NCBI GenBank assembly: GCA_038087875.1
Contig: CM075980.1
Location: 27,714,001 to 27,778,000, forward strand
Direction: 5' to 3'
From: Malacoraja senta
Lineage: Eukaryota
DNA length: 64,000 bases
Made by a program: the position numbers and the translations under genes. The notes beneath the pieces are model-generated. The model searched no databases, was not told where the DNA came from, and worked only from the letters and a program-made list of their open reading frames with translations. This document shows, piece after piece, positions 24,968-38,000 of this stretch. The stretch's first letter is position 1. Every line of letters begins with the position of its first letter.

Positions 24968-25725
24968 TGGGCCTGTCCCACAGGCGATTTTTCAGCAGAC
25001 TGCCGGCGACTTTCAAGTTGCCGGCGGTCACCTGAAAAACCGGCAACTGGAACGGCGACTGTCAGAGTGGAACATGCACGCAAACACATCGCTTCCTTCA
25101 CCAGCCCGTTATGCAGGCGGGGGACAGGGCAAGCAGGGGGAGCGCTGTCTAAAAAATTCACATGGTGCAAAGCCAAGGTGAAACAGACATACACCGCGAT
25201 GAATAGGAAGGTTGGCGCTGTAAAAAGACGGCTAAAGCACAGTGTACGGTAAGTCCTTTAAAAGAGGGAGGGAGAAGGGGGGAAGATGGAGTGGAGACAA
25301 CTTTTAAGAAGCCAGAGATACACGGCTGTGAAGCTGGGCGGATATTTAACATTACCGGTTGGTTATCCTTGGTTCTGAAAACTACTGCTTATCTTTTTTT
25401 CCCCAACGAGCCAATGAAATTCACCGGTCAGCACCAGCTACAACCTATAAGAACCTCCGAGAACCTTCGACCTCCTGGCAACCCATTAGGACCTCCTGGC
25501 GACCCATTTACGGCTCGAGAATTCTCGCTACTCTCTATGGCGGCTTCATTCTAGTCGCCGCTAATATTGAAAAATTCACGGCGACCATAATGAGGCCGCG
25601 ACTAGTTCCCAGAATCCGGGAACTCCTCACGACCATGAAGGCGACTCCCCAGCAACCACCCGCAATGTGGCGACCATATAGTCTCCTGCAGTCGCCTAAA
25701 AGGTTGTGTAAGTGGGACAGGCCCG
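24968..25725. mobile_element. PIF/Harbinger-type MITE (758 bp)
   Basis: TIR GGGCCTGTCCCAC / GTGGGACAGGCCC, TTA duplicated on both sides, no transposase; interrupts a Penelope terminal-repeat sequence (tgagTTActcc). Confidence 0.88.
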
Positions 25726-26764
25726 TTACTCCAACACCTTGTGTCTATCTTTGGTATAAACCAGCATTTGCAGTTCTTTTCTACACACATCAAAACATGG
25801 ATAATGTGTGCTGGGCACTGATAGCTGGTTCAAGGTGATCTTGGAATGGATGCAGGGGATATTTATCTGGTTTGCCCATCTTGACAATTGTTCTGCTGCA
25901 TCAGCATTCCTATTTTGAGTTTTATATGGTAAAGTCTACTAGTTTGAAATTCCTTCATACAAGAACTTTGAAAGGTATGTGGATGAACTCTACCCAAGAC
26001 CTGACAGCCAAATGTTAGCCTTTGGTTTAAAAGCAGAATATCGCCAGAATGTTGACCTGAACCTCCAGATGTGTATGATACACACACACGTGCCATGACA
26101 AGAATAGAGATGTCAAACAATCTACAATACTTATCTTGGCATCATTTCAATAAAATTATTTTGTACATTCAAAACACATGAATGGCACAAATCACTCACA
26201 TTGCCTTAACTTGGAAGAAGATACCTGCGTCAGTATTACCTAAAAGGACAAGTCTGCTGCTGAAAAGTCTTAATCTTCTCACCTAGAGCATCTTTTAAAA
26301 TAGTTCTTGTTGTTTGCTCCCACCTCTCACAGTCCAAGGTCCATATAATGCGGATTCCTCCAGCACCCACCTGAATGAATTCTATTTCTACGCCTTCAAC
26401 CCAGGGCAGCTGCCTATCTATCAAACCAATGCCAACACAACCGGTTGCATCTTTGACTATGCACAATTCCATCACAACCCAATCGCACCATAACTCCATT
26501 CCTCTCAATCATTTAAACAAGTATCCAGCCATCTGCACCACTGTCCATTCTCTGCCATTGCCCCATTCCCCAATGCCACTTGTGACAATGCTGACTCTGA
26601 GCATGAACCTTCCTACCTCCCTCAAAACCAACCATCTACACTTTCTCTTTGTGACACATGACCTACAAAATCTCATTCATCAATGTTTATGCATGATGGA
26701 CATATTTAATCAGGCTTTGTGTTTAACAGAATTTAACTACTGAATTTTTGTTTAATCTACAGAT

Positions 26765-27617
26765 ACAGGATGGATACAGGCCCTTCGGCCCACTGAATCC
26801 ATGCCAACCATTGATCACCCGTTCACACTAGTGCTATGTTATCCTATTTTTTCATCCACTCCCTAAACACGAGGGACATTTTGTTTTTAAAACAGAGGCC
26901 AATTAACCGACAAACCCACACATCTTTGGGACCAAATCTGAGGAAGGACATTATTGCCATAGAGGGAGTACAGAGAAGGTTCACCAGACTGATTCCTGGG
27001 ATGTCAGGACTGTCTTATGAAGAAAGACTGGATAGACTTGGTTTATACTCTCTAGAATTTAGGAGATTGAGAGGGGATCTTATAGAAACTTACAACATTC
27101 TTAAGGGGTTGGACAGGCTAGATGCAGGAAGATTGCTCCCGATGTTGGGGAAGTCCAGGACAAGGGGTCACAGCTTAAGGATAAGGGGGAAATCCTTTAA
27201 AACCGAGATGAGAAGAACTTTTTTCACATAGAGAGTGGTGAATCTCTGGAACTCTCTGCCACAGAGGGTAGTCGAGGCCAGTTCATTGGCTATATTTAAG
27301 AGGGAGTTAGATGTGGCCCTTGTGGCTAAAGGGATCAGAGGGTATGGAGAGAAGGCAGGTACGGGATACTGAGTTGGATGATCAGCCATGATCATATTGA
27401 ATGGCGGTGCAGGCTCGAAGGGCCGAATGGCCTACTCCTGCACCTAATTTCTATGTTTCTATGTTTCTATTAGGGTGCAAAGCAGAGCACCCGGAGGAAA
27501 CCGACACAATCATAGGGAAAACGTGCAAACTCCACACAGACAGCACCCAAGGTCAGGATTGAACACAGGTCGCTGGTGTTGTGAGGCAGTAGCTCTACCA
27601 GCTACACCACTGTGTCA
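26765..27617 (-). mobile_element. V-SINE (HE1-like) split by a CR1 insertion
   Basis: Halves 26765-26930 and 27471-27617 are colinear with the SINE at 1845-2133. Confidence 0.78.
26930..27470 (+). mobile_element. CR1 LINE 3' fragment
   Basis: IEGVQRRFTRLIPG..SYEERLDRLGLYSLEFRRLRGDLIE..RTRGHSL; (TTTCTATG)n tail. Confidence 0.93.
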
Positions 27618-29893
27618 ACCTGAAAGAGCTGCCTTCAACAAATCTAGTGCAAGCAATACGTCCGTCAAACTGCATCCCTAAATCTGCACATCTCAACCTC
27701 ACTACATTCATTGAGAAAGAGAAGAATTTCTACCTTATATTTGTGGAAGTAGGCTGCAGTGTTTTTAAAACAGCTTCCAAGGCATTTAGTAATTATTGAA
27801 CTAACTAGACTATTAATTCTCTCGATCCAAATTAATTTTAATTTAAGAATATTACATTAAGCTCTTTACATTATTACATGAGCTTATATAACCTATTCGG
27901 GCTACCAAATTCTCTAATGTTCCAATACAGAAAATTACTTCAACTTTATTGAACAATAACATTACTAATCCACTTCTGTGAATGTCATTGCATAAGAACA
28001 AAGCGAGCAGCATGTGTTTCTTTGAAGAATAGTATTTCTGCAAATCAGCTTTATACCTCAAGTTTTAACTAATTAACAATAGATAAGCATTAGGTCAAAC
28101 ATCTTTTTTTTTTTACCAGTGGCCACAAATATCATGGGAAGAAAATGTTCTACAATTATGCATAGCCATGGTAGAATGAAGATTAATTGGTGTAGTTTTG
28201 GTTACTGTACCCTAGAAAGAATGTAATATTTTGTAGATAAATGTTGTAGTTCTCCAAGAGTTAAATTATTAGGACAGATGCATAAACTGAGCTTGTATAC
28301 ACGGCTAAACAAATTTTGTAGCAATTTTATTAACACTTTTACAGGACAGGAATTGATAGCAGAAAGAGATTTTTCCCCCCACTGACAAGATAAAGGGATG
28401 TAACTAAAAAGCAGAATCAGGCCATTTGAGAAACATGACAGAAAACAATTATTGATGTGAAAGGGTATAAAAGTGCACATTATGCACAAATGCAACATGA
28501 TTAAGACTCTTAACTAATAGTTTTAAATAAGGTAGTTTTAGGAGTATGAGCAGTGAATACAGTTAGGATGAATGGTCAATTTCTGTGCATTAATACTAAT
28601 TGTATGCTTAGTTTAAGTTGAGGCATTATGTTAGGACAGATGGGTCCTTATTTTGCAGGTATAAGCCCACATGCCATCAATGTGCAGCAGGTCGTGAGAA
28701 TTTTGTTTCAGACCTAACACGAGCATTGTAAATAGCACAAAAGTCATCAATGGGAAAATTATTTCCATTAAACCTAAAGTGGTAAGCTGATATTCAATCC
28801 AGGCTCTGTGTGCTCCTTGACAGAGCTTGTCAGATTTTTATTTAGCTACATTCCATTGCTACCATAGCTAGATTATATCATATTTGTGCTTTGATGCTGT
28901 TACATACTCTATCAGCTAATTCGATCTACTTTTTATAACTCAGTTTAATTTTTAGCAAACATTCCAATGGCCAAAAGAAAAGCTTGTAAATTATCTTTAA
29001 ATGTCCAATGCTCAAAATATCCTGGAATAATAACACAGAATCTATGATAAACAAAGAGACGAAAACAGAGTTTAGTCCAAATTAGTAGACTTCGTTCTCC
29101 GAAGATTTTGTTATACCGTTAACTAAGGTGTACAACAGCATTTACACAAGTGATATAATAGATCTGCTCCATCAGAAAACATTCGCCTGGATTTTCTGTA
29201 TTTTGTCAGTTGTTCCATACAATCCACATCAACACACATTGCCTTGCTGCTTGGCTCCAGGGCCGTCTGTAAAAGCAAAGTTAGCGTTCTAGATTTTGTC
29301 CACGCAAATTCAGACGGATGGGGACCATGAGCATGGGGAGATTAGCAACTCCAGAAGCATGTGCTTTTTTCACGCACATGCTAAAAGTTGAGCATATGTT
29401 CATACAAATGTGGGGAAGGGCTGGGGAGAGCCTAGGAAGAGAAAGAGGGGAAATAAAGTGCTGACAGGAGTACTGGCATTATTCTCTTACTACTGAATCA
29501 GTGAGGATACAGTGAATGAGACAAAAGTTAACAGGAAACTGAAGAGTAAAGAACCAAATTGCTGCTATCATTTGAGAATGAAAAGCTAGCCAGTTTTTAA
29601 AATGTAAAATGAAAGAAAGCCTCTGGTTCAAATGAATCCAAATTGTCAATATTAAAACATTAGAGCCCTCATCAACTAGTCCAGCTGTTCATATCATAGA
29701 ATAGCTGCAGGTCACATCGTGCCTGAACTGGTTACACATCTCCAAACATCATTCCTAACTAAAACAAAAGGCTTATTTTGCAACAAACTGATCCATAAGA
29801 ATAATCAGACCTACTTTTAAAATGCATTTCTGTCTTGTAATATTTTTACTTTTTATTGCAAACCATCAGTTAAAATGACATCCCATTACTTAC

Positions 29894-29990
29894 ATGATCT
29901 AGCACTTGGCTTTTGGTGGCATTGTACTTTGCTGCTATTGCATCAGCAACAGCATTACTTCCAACAAATAAGGTGTTCCAGTTATGAGAG
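29894..29990 (-). CDS. RBM19: RBM19 internal exon: SHNWNTLFVGSNAVADAIAAKYNATKSQVLDH
   Basis: ccag acceptor, gtaagt donor, 97 nt, phase 2 to 0; HNWNTLF motif is the conserved RBM19/Mrd1 linker. Confidence 0.95.
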
Positions 29991-30559
29991 CTGGAGTAAA
30001 AAGGAATACAAATTTACACCCAATGTAAAAACAGATATATTTAAATTAAAAAAACTCAAAGGAATTCTTATATCTTAAAATCAGAGTCAAAGACCTGAAC
30101 ATTGTTTCACCAGTGAGCGTCTTGACTTTTAACCTTATAAATAGACAAAAGATTAGTTGAACAATGTGAAGATGGTTGGGCCCAAGACGTTGCCATGGGA
30201 AACTCCAGCAGTGAGGTCTGAGGTTAAGATGACGGGGCTGAAAAGAACCCTTAACGCCCACAGATTTCAGCTTCACCAAGCTTTTTGATGCTCTCCTCAG
30301 TTACATGCTGCCGAGGACAGTCATTCAGATCAAATCAGGAATTCAGCTCTATACTTAATGTTTAGGTTAAGGTTGTAAGGCAGTCTGAAGTAAGCAGTCC
30401 AGGCAAAACATTGACCAAATTATTAATAAGTTCCATTTGACAGCACCACAATGATATGGTCTACAAAATTAGGCAAGAAAATTTTAACCTGAGAATGGTC
30501 TCCAAAATATAATTAGGGGATACAGAAGTTTTAAAATTGTAAATGTGCTAATATCCAAC

Positions 30560-30681
30560 CTGTTACTTCTGGCCTTGTCTTGAGCTGCTTTATTTCTCTT
30601 GAATGCAGAGGAACCTAAGTTACTATCACTTTCATCTTTCTCCTCTTTTACCATCGATGGCAAAATATGCATCATCCTGCC
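30560..30681 (-). CDS. RBM19: RBM19 internal exon: GRMMHILPSMVKEEKDESDSNLGSSAFKRNKAAQDKARSN(S)
   Basis: ttcag acceptor, gttgga donor, 122 nt, phase 0 to 2, in frame with neighbours; overlaps track ORF 30484..30675. Confidence 0.93.
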
Positions 30682-30954
30682 CTGAATGGAATAGAAAGTG
30701 AATTATCTAGTCATTTCTCTTTTTACCAAATGTTACTTGCATGTCCTATAAAGGATTCTTTCTTTTCCATTATGTAAAGGACTGGGTATGTTTTAAAAAT
30801 AATACGTTTAAGAGTTTAATAAGTGCTACCAGACTGCAGTGTTATAAGACGCTGATAAACCAATGTGCTAATATTATAACAAATGTGTAACTAATGATGA
30901 GACCGATATGATTATTATATTTAAGATAATGTTACAGAACAAAGAACATATAGT

Positions 30955-31450
30955 ACAGCATAGGAATAGGCCCATAAAGCCAGTGCCAAATGATGCCAAG
31001 ATCTATACACATCCATTCCCCACACATCATCCATACACCTCCATTCCCTGCATGTCTATGTACCCATTTAAAAGCCTTTTAAACACCACTATCGTATCAG
31101 CCTACACTACCAGCCCAGGCAGCACATTAGGCATCCACCATCTGCTGTGTTAAAAAAATTGCTTTAAACTTTCTCCCTTTTACCTTATAGCTGTCCTCTA
31201 GTCTTTGATATTTCCACCCTGGGGAAAAAGGTTCTGACTGTGTACCCTATATCTATGCCTCTCATAATTTTGTACACTTCTATCAGGTCTCCCCTCAACC
31301 TCTGGTGTTCCAGTGAAAACAAAGCCTCTACATCCTTCCTGTAATGGGGAGATCAGAACTGTCACAATATTCCAATGTGGCTGAATCTAAATCCTGTAAA
31401 ACTGCATCATGATTTCCTAACTTTTAAACACAGTGAAGGCAAGCATACCA
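30955..31450 (-). mobile_element. Degraded CR1 LINE 3' fragment
   Basis: Reverse complement of aggggagacctgatagaagtgtacaaaattatgagaggcataga. Confidence 0.7.
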
Positions 31451-32336
31451 TATCATTGCCAAGTTTGATTGGGTTTAACTTAAAAGTCACACATTTCTGG
31501 ACTTGTACCACAGGGTTCTTTCAAAACAACATCCAGTGTTTTTAAGATGCTCTGCATACTACTCATATGAATAAACACAACAATCCTGGAAATGTCCTTG
31601 AAATATATTAAAAACTCCAGAGTTTAAAAACTCTGCTCAATAAGGCCAAGAGGATTATTTGAAAAGATTTATTGGTAGTTACATACTGCAATCCATGCCA
31701 AATATTTGTTGCACCACTCCCAACCCTTTACATTAGTAGAAAAAGTAAGCTGAAGTGGATATGGTTTTTGCTAAGTAACACATGTACCAAACTAGCTTGT
31801 TTATTCAATAAACCTCCACAGAAATTATTGCGAACTTGTGTGATTTATGCTATCTGGTGGTTAAGAGGACATGAACATTCTTACAGTTCTCTGACAAACC
31901 AACTTTATCCACTGCTTTAGGCAAGAAAAATAATATGTAGTGAAAAATCCTGACAAATGTCCTGACAGGATGAAAGCTATTAATTAAATAAAGCAAACCT
32001 TCATTCGTGATTTAAGATCTGCTTCAGTCTTCTATTGGACATCCAATGCAGAACAGAATTTTATGCAGATGGTGTGAAATGTGCATATTGCCACACATGC
32101 AGTGGTCTCAGTGCACTGGAATAACACATATCCAAAAAACCCTGCAACAAGATTTCTGCTGCATCCTAAACATAGCCTCCCAAGCTATAGTTTGGGAAAA
32201 CCTGAACCAGAATGTTTTAGATGTTACAGTTTGTTAGATGTATATTGAAGATGTTCACTCCAAGACTACTTTTCATTTTTCCCTTTCTCAAAGCTAAAAC
32301 TAGATAAAGCTGGAAAATAGGGTTAATATACCTTTT

Positions 32337-32780
32337 ACAGCAAACCCTTGTTTTAACGGACCTCTTTCGAATGAACAGACCTTTCGATGACTGCCCATGC
32401 CACCCCCCAGATCACACCGCCTCCCCTGCCGATTACTGCACTGGCTGCCCATGCCACTCCCCAGCTTGCACCGCCTCCCCTGTCGCTTACAGCGCGTGAT
32501 GCTCTCGCCGCTTCACCTGCTGCTTAGACCAATGGCCGCCCGCGCCACCACTGCCTTGCACTGCCTCCCAGCCACTTACAATGCCGGTTGCCCGCACAAT
32601 TCCCGGCTTGTGCCACCTCCAGGTTGGACTGTCCGTCGTCACGCCTGGCCACCGATCCTCATATACATTCCGGCCACCCACGGGCCGTGGCCATTGATTC
32701 CACCGATCATCGCCTCTCCCACGGCCGCCAACAGGCCAGGGCGTCAACTCACCTGGATTCCAGGACCCGTTCCGGACTGA
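32337..32780. repeat. GC-rich unclassified insert with an internal ~54-bp tandem duplication
   Basis: ctgcccatgccac...accgcctcccctgycg twice at ~32391 and ~32445; begins TA-CAGCAAACCCTTGTTTTAACGGAC, which resembles a Tc1/pogo end. Confidence 0.4.
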
Positions 32781-33085
32781 GAGTCTAAATGGTCTCAACC
32801 CGAAGTGTCACTGATCCATGTTCTCCAGAGATGCTACCTGACCTGCATTTTGTGAACGTTTGTGTATTGACCAGCAACTGTAGTTGTTTGTTTCTACTAC
32901 ATATGCAATAATATCTTAATCTGGTATAGCACACAATCGGCAATAACGGCATTCTCCCGATTGGAATCTTTTTCAATTATTTAGTCTTTATCAAAACACA
33001 TAATTAAATCACTTTAACTGTTGTTGTATGGCTTGGGTTACATTTTGAATTAAACTAAAAACATGTTGAGTTACTACAAACATAC

Positions 33086-33216
33086 CTGAAATACATCACC
33101 ATCTAATTCAGCAAGGGCCCGCACTGCATGTTCGGGTATCATAAATGTAATGAAGGCAAATCCCTTTGGTGTCTTTGTTAGATTGTCTATAGGAAAATGA
33201 ATCTCTGACAATGGAC
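33086..33216 (-). CDS. RBM19: RBM19 internal exon (RRM3): (G)PLSEIHFPIDNLTKTPKGFAFITFMIPEHAVRALAELDGDVFQ
   Basis: Manual translation; acceptor acag at 33217-33220, donor gtatg; 131 nt, phase 1 to 0; RNP1 KGFAFITF; closely resembles vertebrate RBM19/Mrd1 RRM3 as I recall it. Confidence 0.95.
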
Positions 33217-33753
33217 CTGTTGATAATTAATGGAAATGCATCATTATAAATTATTATTATGCAATTATTTTAATAGTATCAGATTTAATTCTCTGGCTCA
33301 AGCTGATACCAAATCAGAAAAAATTACATGTAACATTTCTAAAAAAAACGTATTACTTCTCAAGATGCAGTATTGGCTGAAAATACTGGGTTTTGTGCCT
33401 TTTATGAAAAATCTAAGTTCCGAGTCATCATCCACCTTCACGGAAGTCGATTATATAACTCATAACGTACTTGCGCCAACTATTTATGGAATTTAATAAG
33501 CCTTTCATATTTACTTGCTAGCTTAAAGACTCCACTGATTTCACTTATGTAGCTAACAAGTTGCGTAATAAATGGCAGCCAAAAAACTCAGGACACCAAT
33601 GTTTTGTCATGAGCATAATAAAATAGGGAATAAGCTTCTTTAAAAACGTATTTATTCATTTAAAAACTTATATATAAAACATAAAATCAAAAACATTCAA
33701 TGGGTCAGACTGCTGTCTTCCATTCCATTGCCTTGCACCCCTCACCATCCTCT

Positions 33754-33953
33754 NNNNNNNNNNNNNNNNNNNNNNNNNNNNNNNNNNNNNNNNNNNNNNN
33801 NNNNNNNNNNNNNNNNNNNNNNNNNNNNNNNNNNNNNNNNNNNNNNNNNNNNNNNNNNNNNNNNNNNNNNNNNNNNNNNNNNNNNNNNNNNNNNNNNNNN
33901 NNNNNNNNNNNNNNNNNNNNNNNNNNNNNNNNNNNNNNNNNNNNNNNNNNNNN
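33754..33953. other. Assembly gap (exactly 200 N)
   Basis: Run of N; the round length suggests a scaffolding placeholder. Confidence 0.99.
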
Positions 33954-34795
33954 TCTACATCAATACACATTAATTTATTTTTCTTAATATGAAAAGGAAA
34001 TTTATTAATAACAGCCCATTGAAAAACAAATTTGAGCCATTAATTATTTTTTTTGTAAGGAATGCGCAGGAACCTGACTTTAAATGCTACTGTCGTATCA
34101 AACAAAAAGGATGATTCAGGGTGGGTTTCATTAAATCCATGGGCAATTTTCTACCGGAATACTTTTGTCTGGCTGACTTCAGTGGCTGTTCATCTGTTCA
34201 TTGTTGGTTCATGAGAAGAAAGGATTATTATTTGACGGGTCCAATGTGGCAGAGTTTTGAGTACTGCAAAATCATGGTCTATAACATATGCCCGAACTCA
34301 GAAGCTCCATGAGATCCGAGGATGTGGCTGTTGATTATTATCAGACTGAGTGTAATCACATACAGTAAGGTCTGAGAGAAGATAGATCCAAGAGAATTAT
34401 AGTACTGAGTAGACAGCTAAGGCGAAAAAAAAGTTTAAAAATTCACACCAAATACTTTAAGAAGTTTGGAAGATAAAATATTGTTGTCGAATAAAATTAA
34501 CAAGAAGGTTGCAGTTTAATTTTAAGAGCCTTGATGACTTTACAAGATAAGTGCATGAATACAGCAAGATAAATCCTAGCCAATAGTTCTCTGCCCAACA
34601 TAATATCTTCTATCAAGTGCGGAAAATATCAGAAACGGTCAGAGGTAAGCTCCAAAATTGCTTCATTAACTGTCAAGATTTTCAGCTGTGGAGCATGTTA
34701 AAAGTTGTAACCAACAGATACTCAGAACTTTGTTCAATGCCTGTTGGAATCAAGCAAATCTCCAGCTTCATGTGCCTTGAAATTAAATATTATGT

Positions 34796-35004
34796 TGTGG
34801 CGGCTCCCAAGGGTCGGGCCATTCCACTATCGAACCCCTCAGCACGGGAACGGACTAGTCCGGGGGCGGCCATTAGCTACAGGGATAAAGGGAAGGGGTT
34901 TAGGCCCGATTGTTCTCTTGCAGACCCGACTGGACAAGAGAACTAATAAAATTCTTCCCGAAATACCTGGCTCGTCTTCATTTCGGGCTTATCACCGCGC
35001 CACA
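34796..35004 (+). repeat. 5' LTR (209 bp)
   Basis: TG...CA with 7-bp terminal inverted repeat, internal AATAAA, followed by PBS. Confidence 0.9.
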
Positions 35005-35005
35005 T

Positions 35006-35019
35006 TGGTGACCCCGACG
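35006..35019 (+). promoter_or_regulatory. Primer-binding site complementary to the tRNA-Trp 3' end
   Basis: TGGTGACCCCGACG one base after the LTR end. Confidence 0.9.
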
Positions 35020-35035
35020 CTCCATTGGTGTCATA

Positions 35036-38000
35036 ATGGAGTCAAAAGACAGAGACGCCCGTCCGTCCGCCTCACAGGCCGACCGGGCCGTCTCTCGACG
35101 CGGTCTCCGTTAAACTACCTACGTTCTGGACTGCCCGGTATCGCGCCTGGTTTCAGCAGGCAGAGGCCCAATTCCAGCTGCGGGGCATTACGGCGGACGA
35201 CACCCGCTACTTCTACCTGGTGGGGGCCCTCGAACAGGACACGGCCACAGTTCCTCGAAGACCCCCGACTGCCGAGAAATACCGGCCTTACGGAGCTCCT
35301 GCTCCAGGTTTACGTGCTCAGCCGGATGGAACGGGCTGCCAGGCTCCATCATATGGAGGGCCTAGGCGACCAGCGGCCATCAAGCCTCCTTAATGAGATG
35401 GTAGCGCTCCTGGATGGGCACACGCCGTGCCTCATGTTTGAGTATATTTACCTGCATCTGCTGCCGGCCGACATCCGCCTGCAGCCCACCGACGCCTCGT
35501 TCGCCAACACCCGGGCCCTCGGCAGGCTCGCTGACGCGCTGTGGTGGCTCGCTGGCCGTCACTCCGGCAACACCCGATTTCCCCCGGTTAGGCGGGGGAG
35601 CTATGGAGGGAGTGAAAGCTGCGCCCCGGAGGCCTGTGCAATCGCCCCCAGCGGCCGTGGCGGGTATCACACCTGCAGTCCCGCACCAGCAGGCTCCAAG
35701 CTCCACTGGCAGGAGGCACTGGTGCTATTACCACCAGCGCTGGGGTGCTGCAGCACGACAACGCCGCCAGCCATGCATGTTCCCGGGAAACGCCGGGGCC
35801 GGCTGCCAACAGTCCCCGCAGCGGCCGGCCAGATGCACCGCCTCTTCGCCTGGGATCGGCGCTCCAGGGGTCGCTTCCTCGTGGATACCGGGGCGGAGCT
35901 GAGCGTCCTTGTCCCTTCGCTGGTGGACATTCGTTCCGGTAAGCGGGGGCCCGTCCTCACTGCGGCGAATGGCAGCCCCATCCGTATGTATGGGGTTCGC
36001 ACGGTCCCGATCGTTTTTGGCTCCTGTCATTTCTCGTGGCAATTTACCATCGCCGATGTCTCCCAGCCGTTGCTCGGTGCCGACTTCCTCCAGGCTCACT
36101 CGTTCCTGGTGGACGTCAGGCGGCAGCGCCTGTTCCACGCCGCCACGATGGAGCCAATCGCACTGCATCTGGATGAGCTGATTGCACACCACCTGTCGTC
36201 CGTGGATTCCTGTTTTGCTCAGTTCTTGGCCGCGTTCCCGGACATCCTGACCCCACAGTTCTGGTCGTCGACCCCCAAGCACGGAATGGTGCATTTCATA
36301 TCAACTACCGGTCCACCCCTCCAGGCACGAGCACGCCGACTGCCGTCTGATAAGCTAGGTCTGGCACGGCAGGAGTTCCGCACGATGGAGTCCTTGGGGA
36401 TCGTCCGCCCTTCGAACAGCCCATGGGCGTCCCCTTTCCACATGGTCCCCAAGGCAAGCGGGGGCTGGCGACCTTGCGGGGATTATCGGCGGCTGAATGC
36501 CGGTACCGCCGCAGACCGATACCCCGTGCCCCACATCCAGGACTTCAACACCGATTTGGCCGGCGCTACTATCTTCTCAAAAGTGGATTTGGTGCGGGGC
36601 TATAACCAGATACCGGTCCACCTATGTGCCCAAGACGGCAATCATTACGCCGTTTGGATTGTACGAGTTTGTGTGGATGCCGTTCGGCCTTAAGAACGCC
36701 GCGCAGGCATTTCAACGGTTAATGGACGGGCGGTCTCGAGTTTGTTTTTGTCTACCTCGATGACATCTTGGTGGCCAGGCGCTCGCGGCAGGAACACTGT
36801 GCCCACCTCCGGCAGCTCTGTCAGCGGCTCAGTGAGCATGGTTTGGCTGTGAACCTCGTGAAGTGCCGGTTTGGGGTGACCACCATCGACTTCCTCAGCA
36901 ACCACGTGACTTCACAAGGCGCCGTTCCCCTGCCGGACAGGGTCGACGCCATCCGCCGGTTTCCCCGTCCATACACTGTGCGCAGCATGCAGGAGTTCGT
37001 CGGCATTGTGGCCTTTTATCACCGTTTTGTGCCATCCGCTGCCCACATCATGCGGCCCCTGTATCATCTTCTAGCCGGTAGGTGTACGGACGTCGAGTGG
37101 ACTAATGGCGCAGTGGCGGCATTTGACGAAGGAGGCCCTTGCTCGGGCTGCGCTGCTGGTTCACCCGCGGGAGGATGCCCCTACCTCCCTTACGGTGGAT
37201 GCCTCGGAGTCGGCGGTTGGTGCCGTGCTGGAACTGACGGATGGGGGTTGGCAGCCGGCACCTCAACAACACCCAGAGGAAGTACAGCGCATTTGACCGC
37301 GAGCTCCTGGCTCCACTTCCGCTACTTCCTGGAGGGCCGCCCATTCACCGCTAACACGGACCATAATCCGCTTACGTTCGCCCTGGCGTACGTCTAGGAG
37401 TACACCACCTCCATCTGCTTCATCGAGGGGAAGGAGAACCGGGTGGCCGACGCGTTATCCTGCCCCGCCGTCTACGCCGTTTTCGAGGTGGATCACCCAT
37501 CCATTCGGCATTGACTATTCTGCGCGGCGGAGGCTCAGCTCACGGACGGTGAGATGCCCGCCTACCGGCCTGCCATCTCCGGCCTTCACCTTTAGGATGT
37601 CCCTCTCGGCCCTGGAGGAGCAACAATACTTTGCGATGTGTTGTCCAGTCAGCCGCGCCTCATCGTCCCTGCCGCGGGCTGGCTCACCCATCCATCCCGG
37701 TGACGACGGCACTTGTGGTTGCTCGGTTCATGTGGCACGGTCTGCGCAAGTAGGTTGGCCACTGGGCCCGCACCTGCATTCTGTGCCAGATGGAAAAATC
37801 CAGCGCCACGTCCGGGCGCCCTCGAGGAGTTCAGTCTACCACGCCGGCGGTTCGACCACCTCCACGTGGACATTGTGGGGCCTCTCCCGCCGACCCCGGG
37901 CATCACCCACCTCCTCACGATGGTGGACCGCTTCACGCGGTGGCCGATACTTCGACAGCTACGTGCGCTCGTGTGTTGTCCGCGCACTAGATTGCTCACT

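Noticed and set aside
25359-25838. 159-aa ORF and neighbouring ORFs
   Set aside because: Lie within the GC-rich MITE and show no transposase or other domain motifs.
32397-32798. Pro-rich ORFs on both strands
   Set aside because: Explained by GC-rich low-complexity repeat sequence; no splice or domain support.
33668-33987. ORFs containing X runs
   Set aside because: Artefacts of translating through the N gap.
34744-36693. 649-aa ORF as an intact gene
   Set aside because: Starts in host DNA, runs through the LTR in a non-gag frame and joins gag, protease and RT pieces; ends by frameshift before YLDD. It is a decayed retrotransposon frame.
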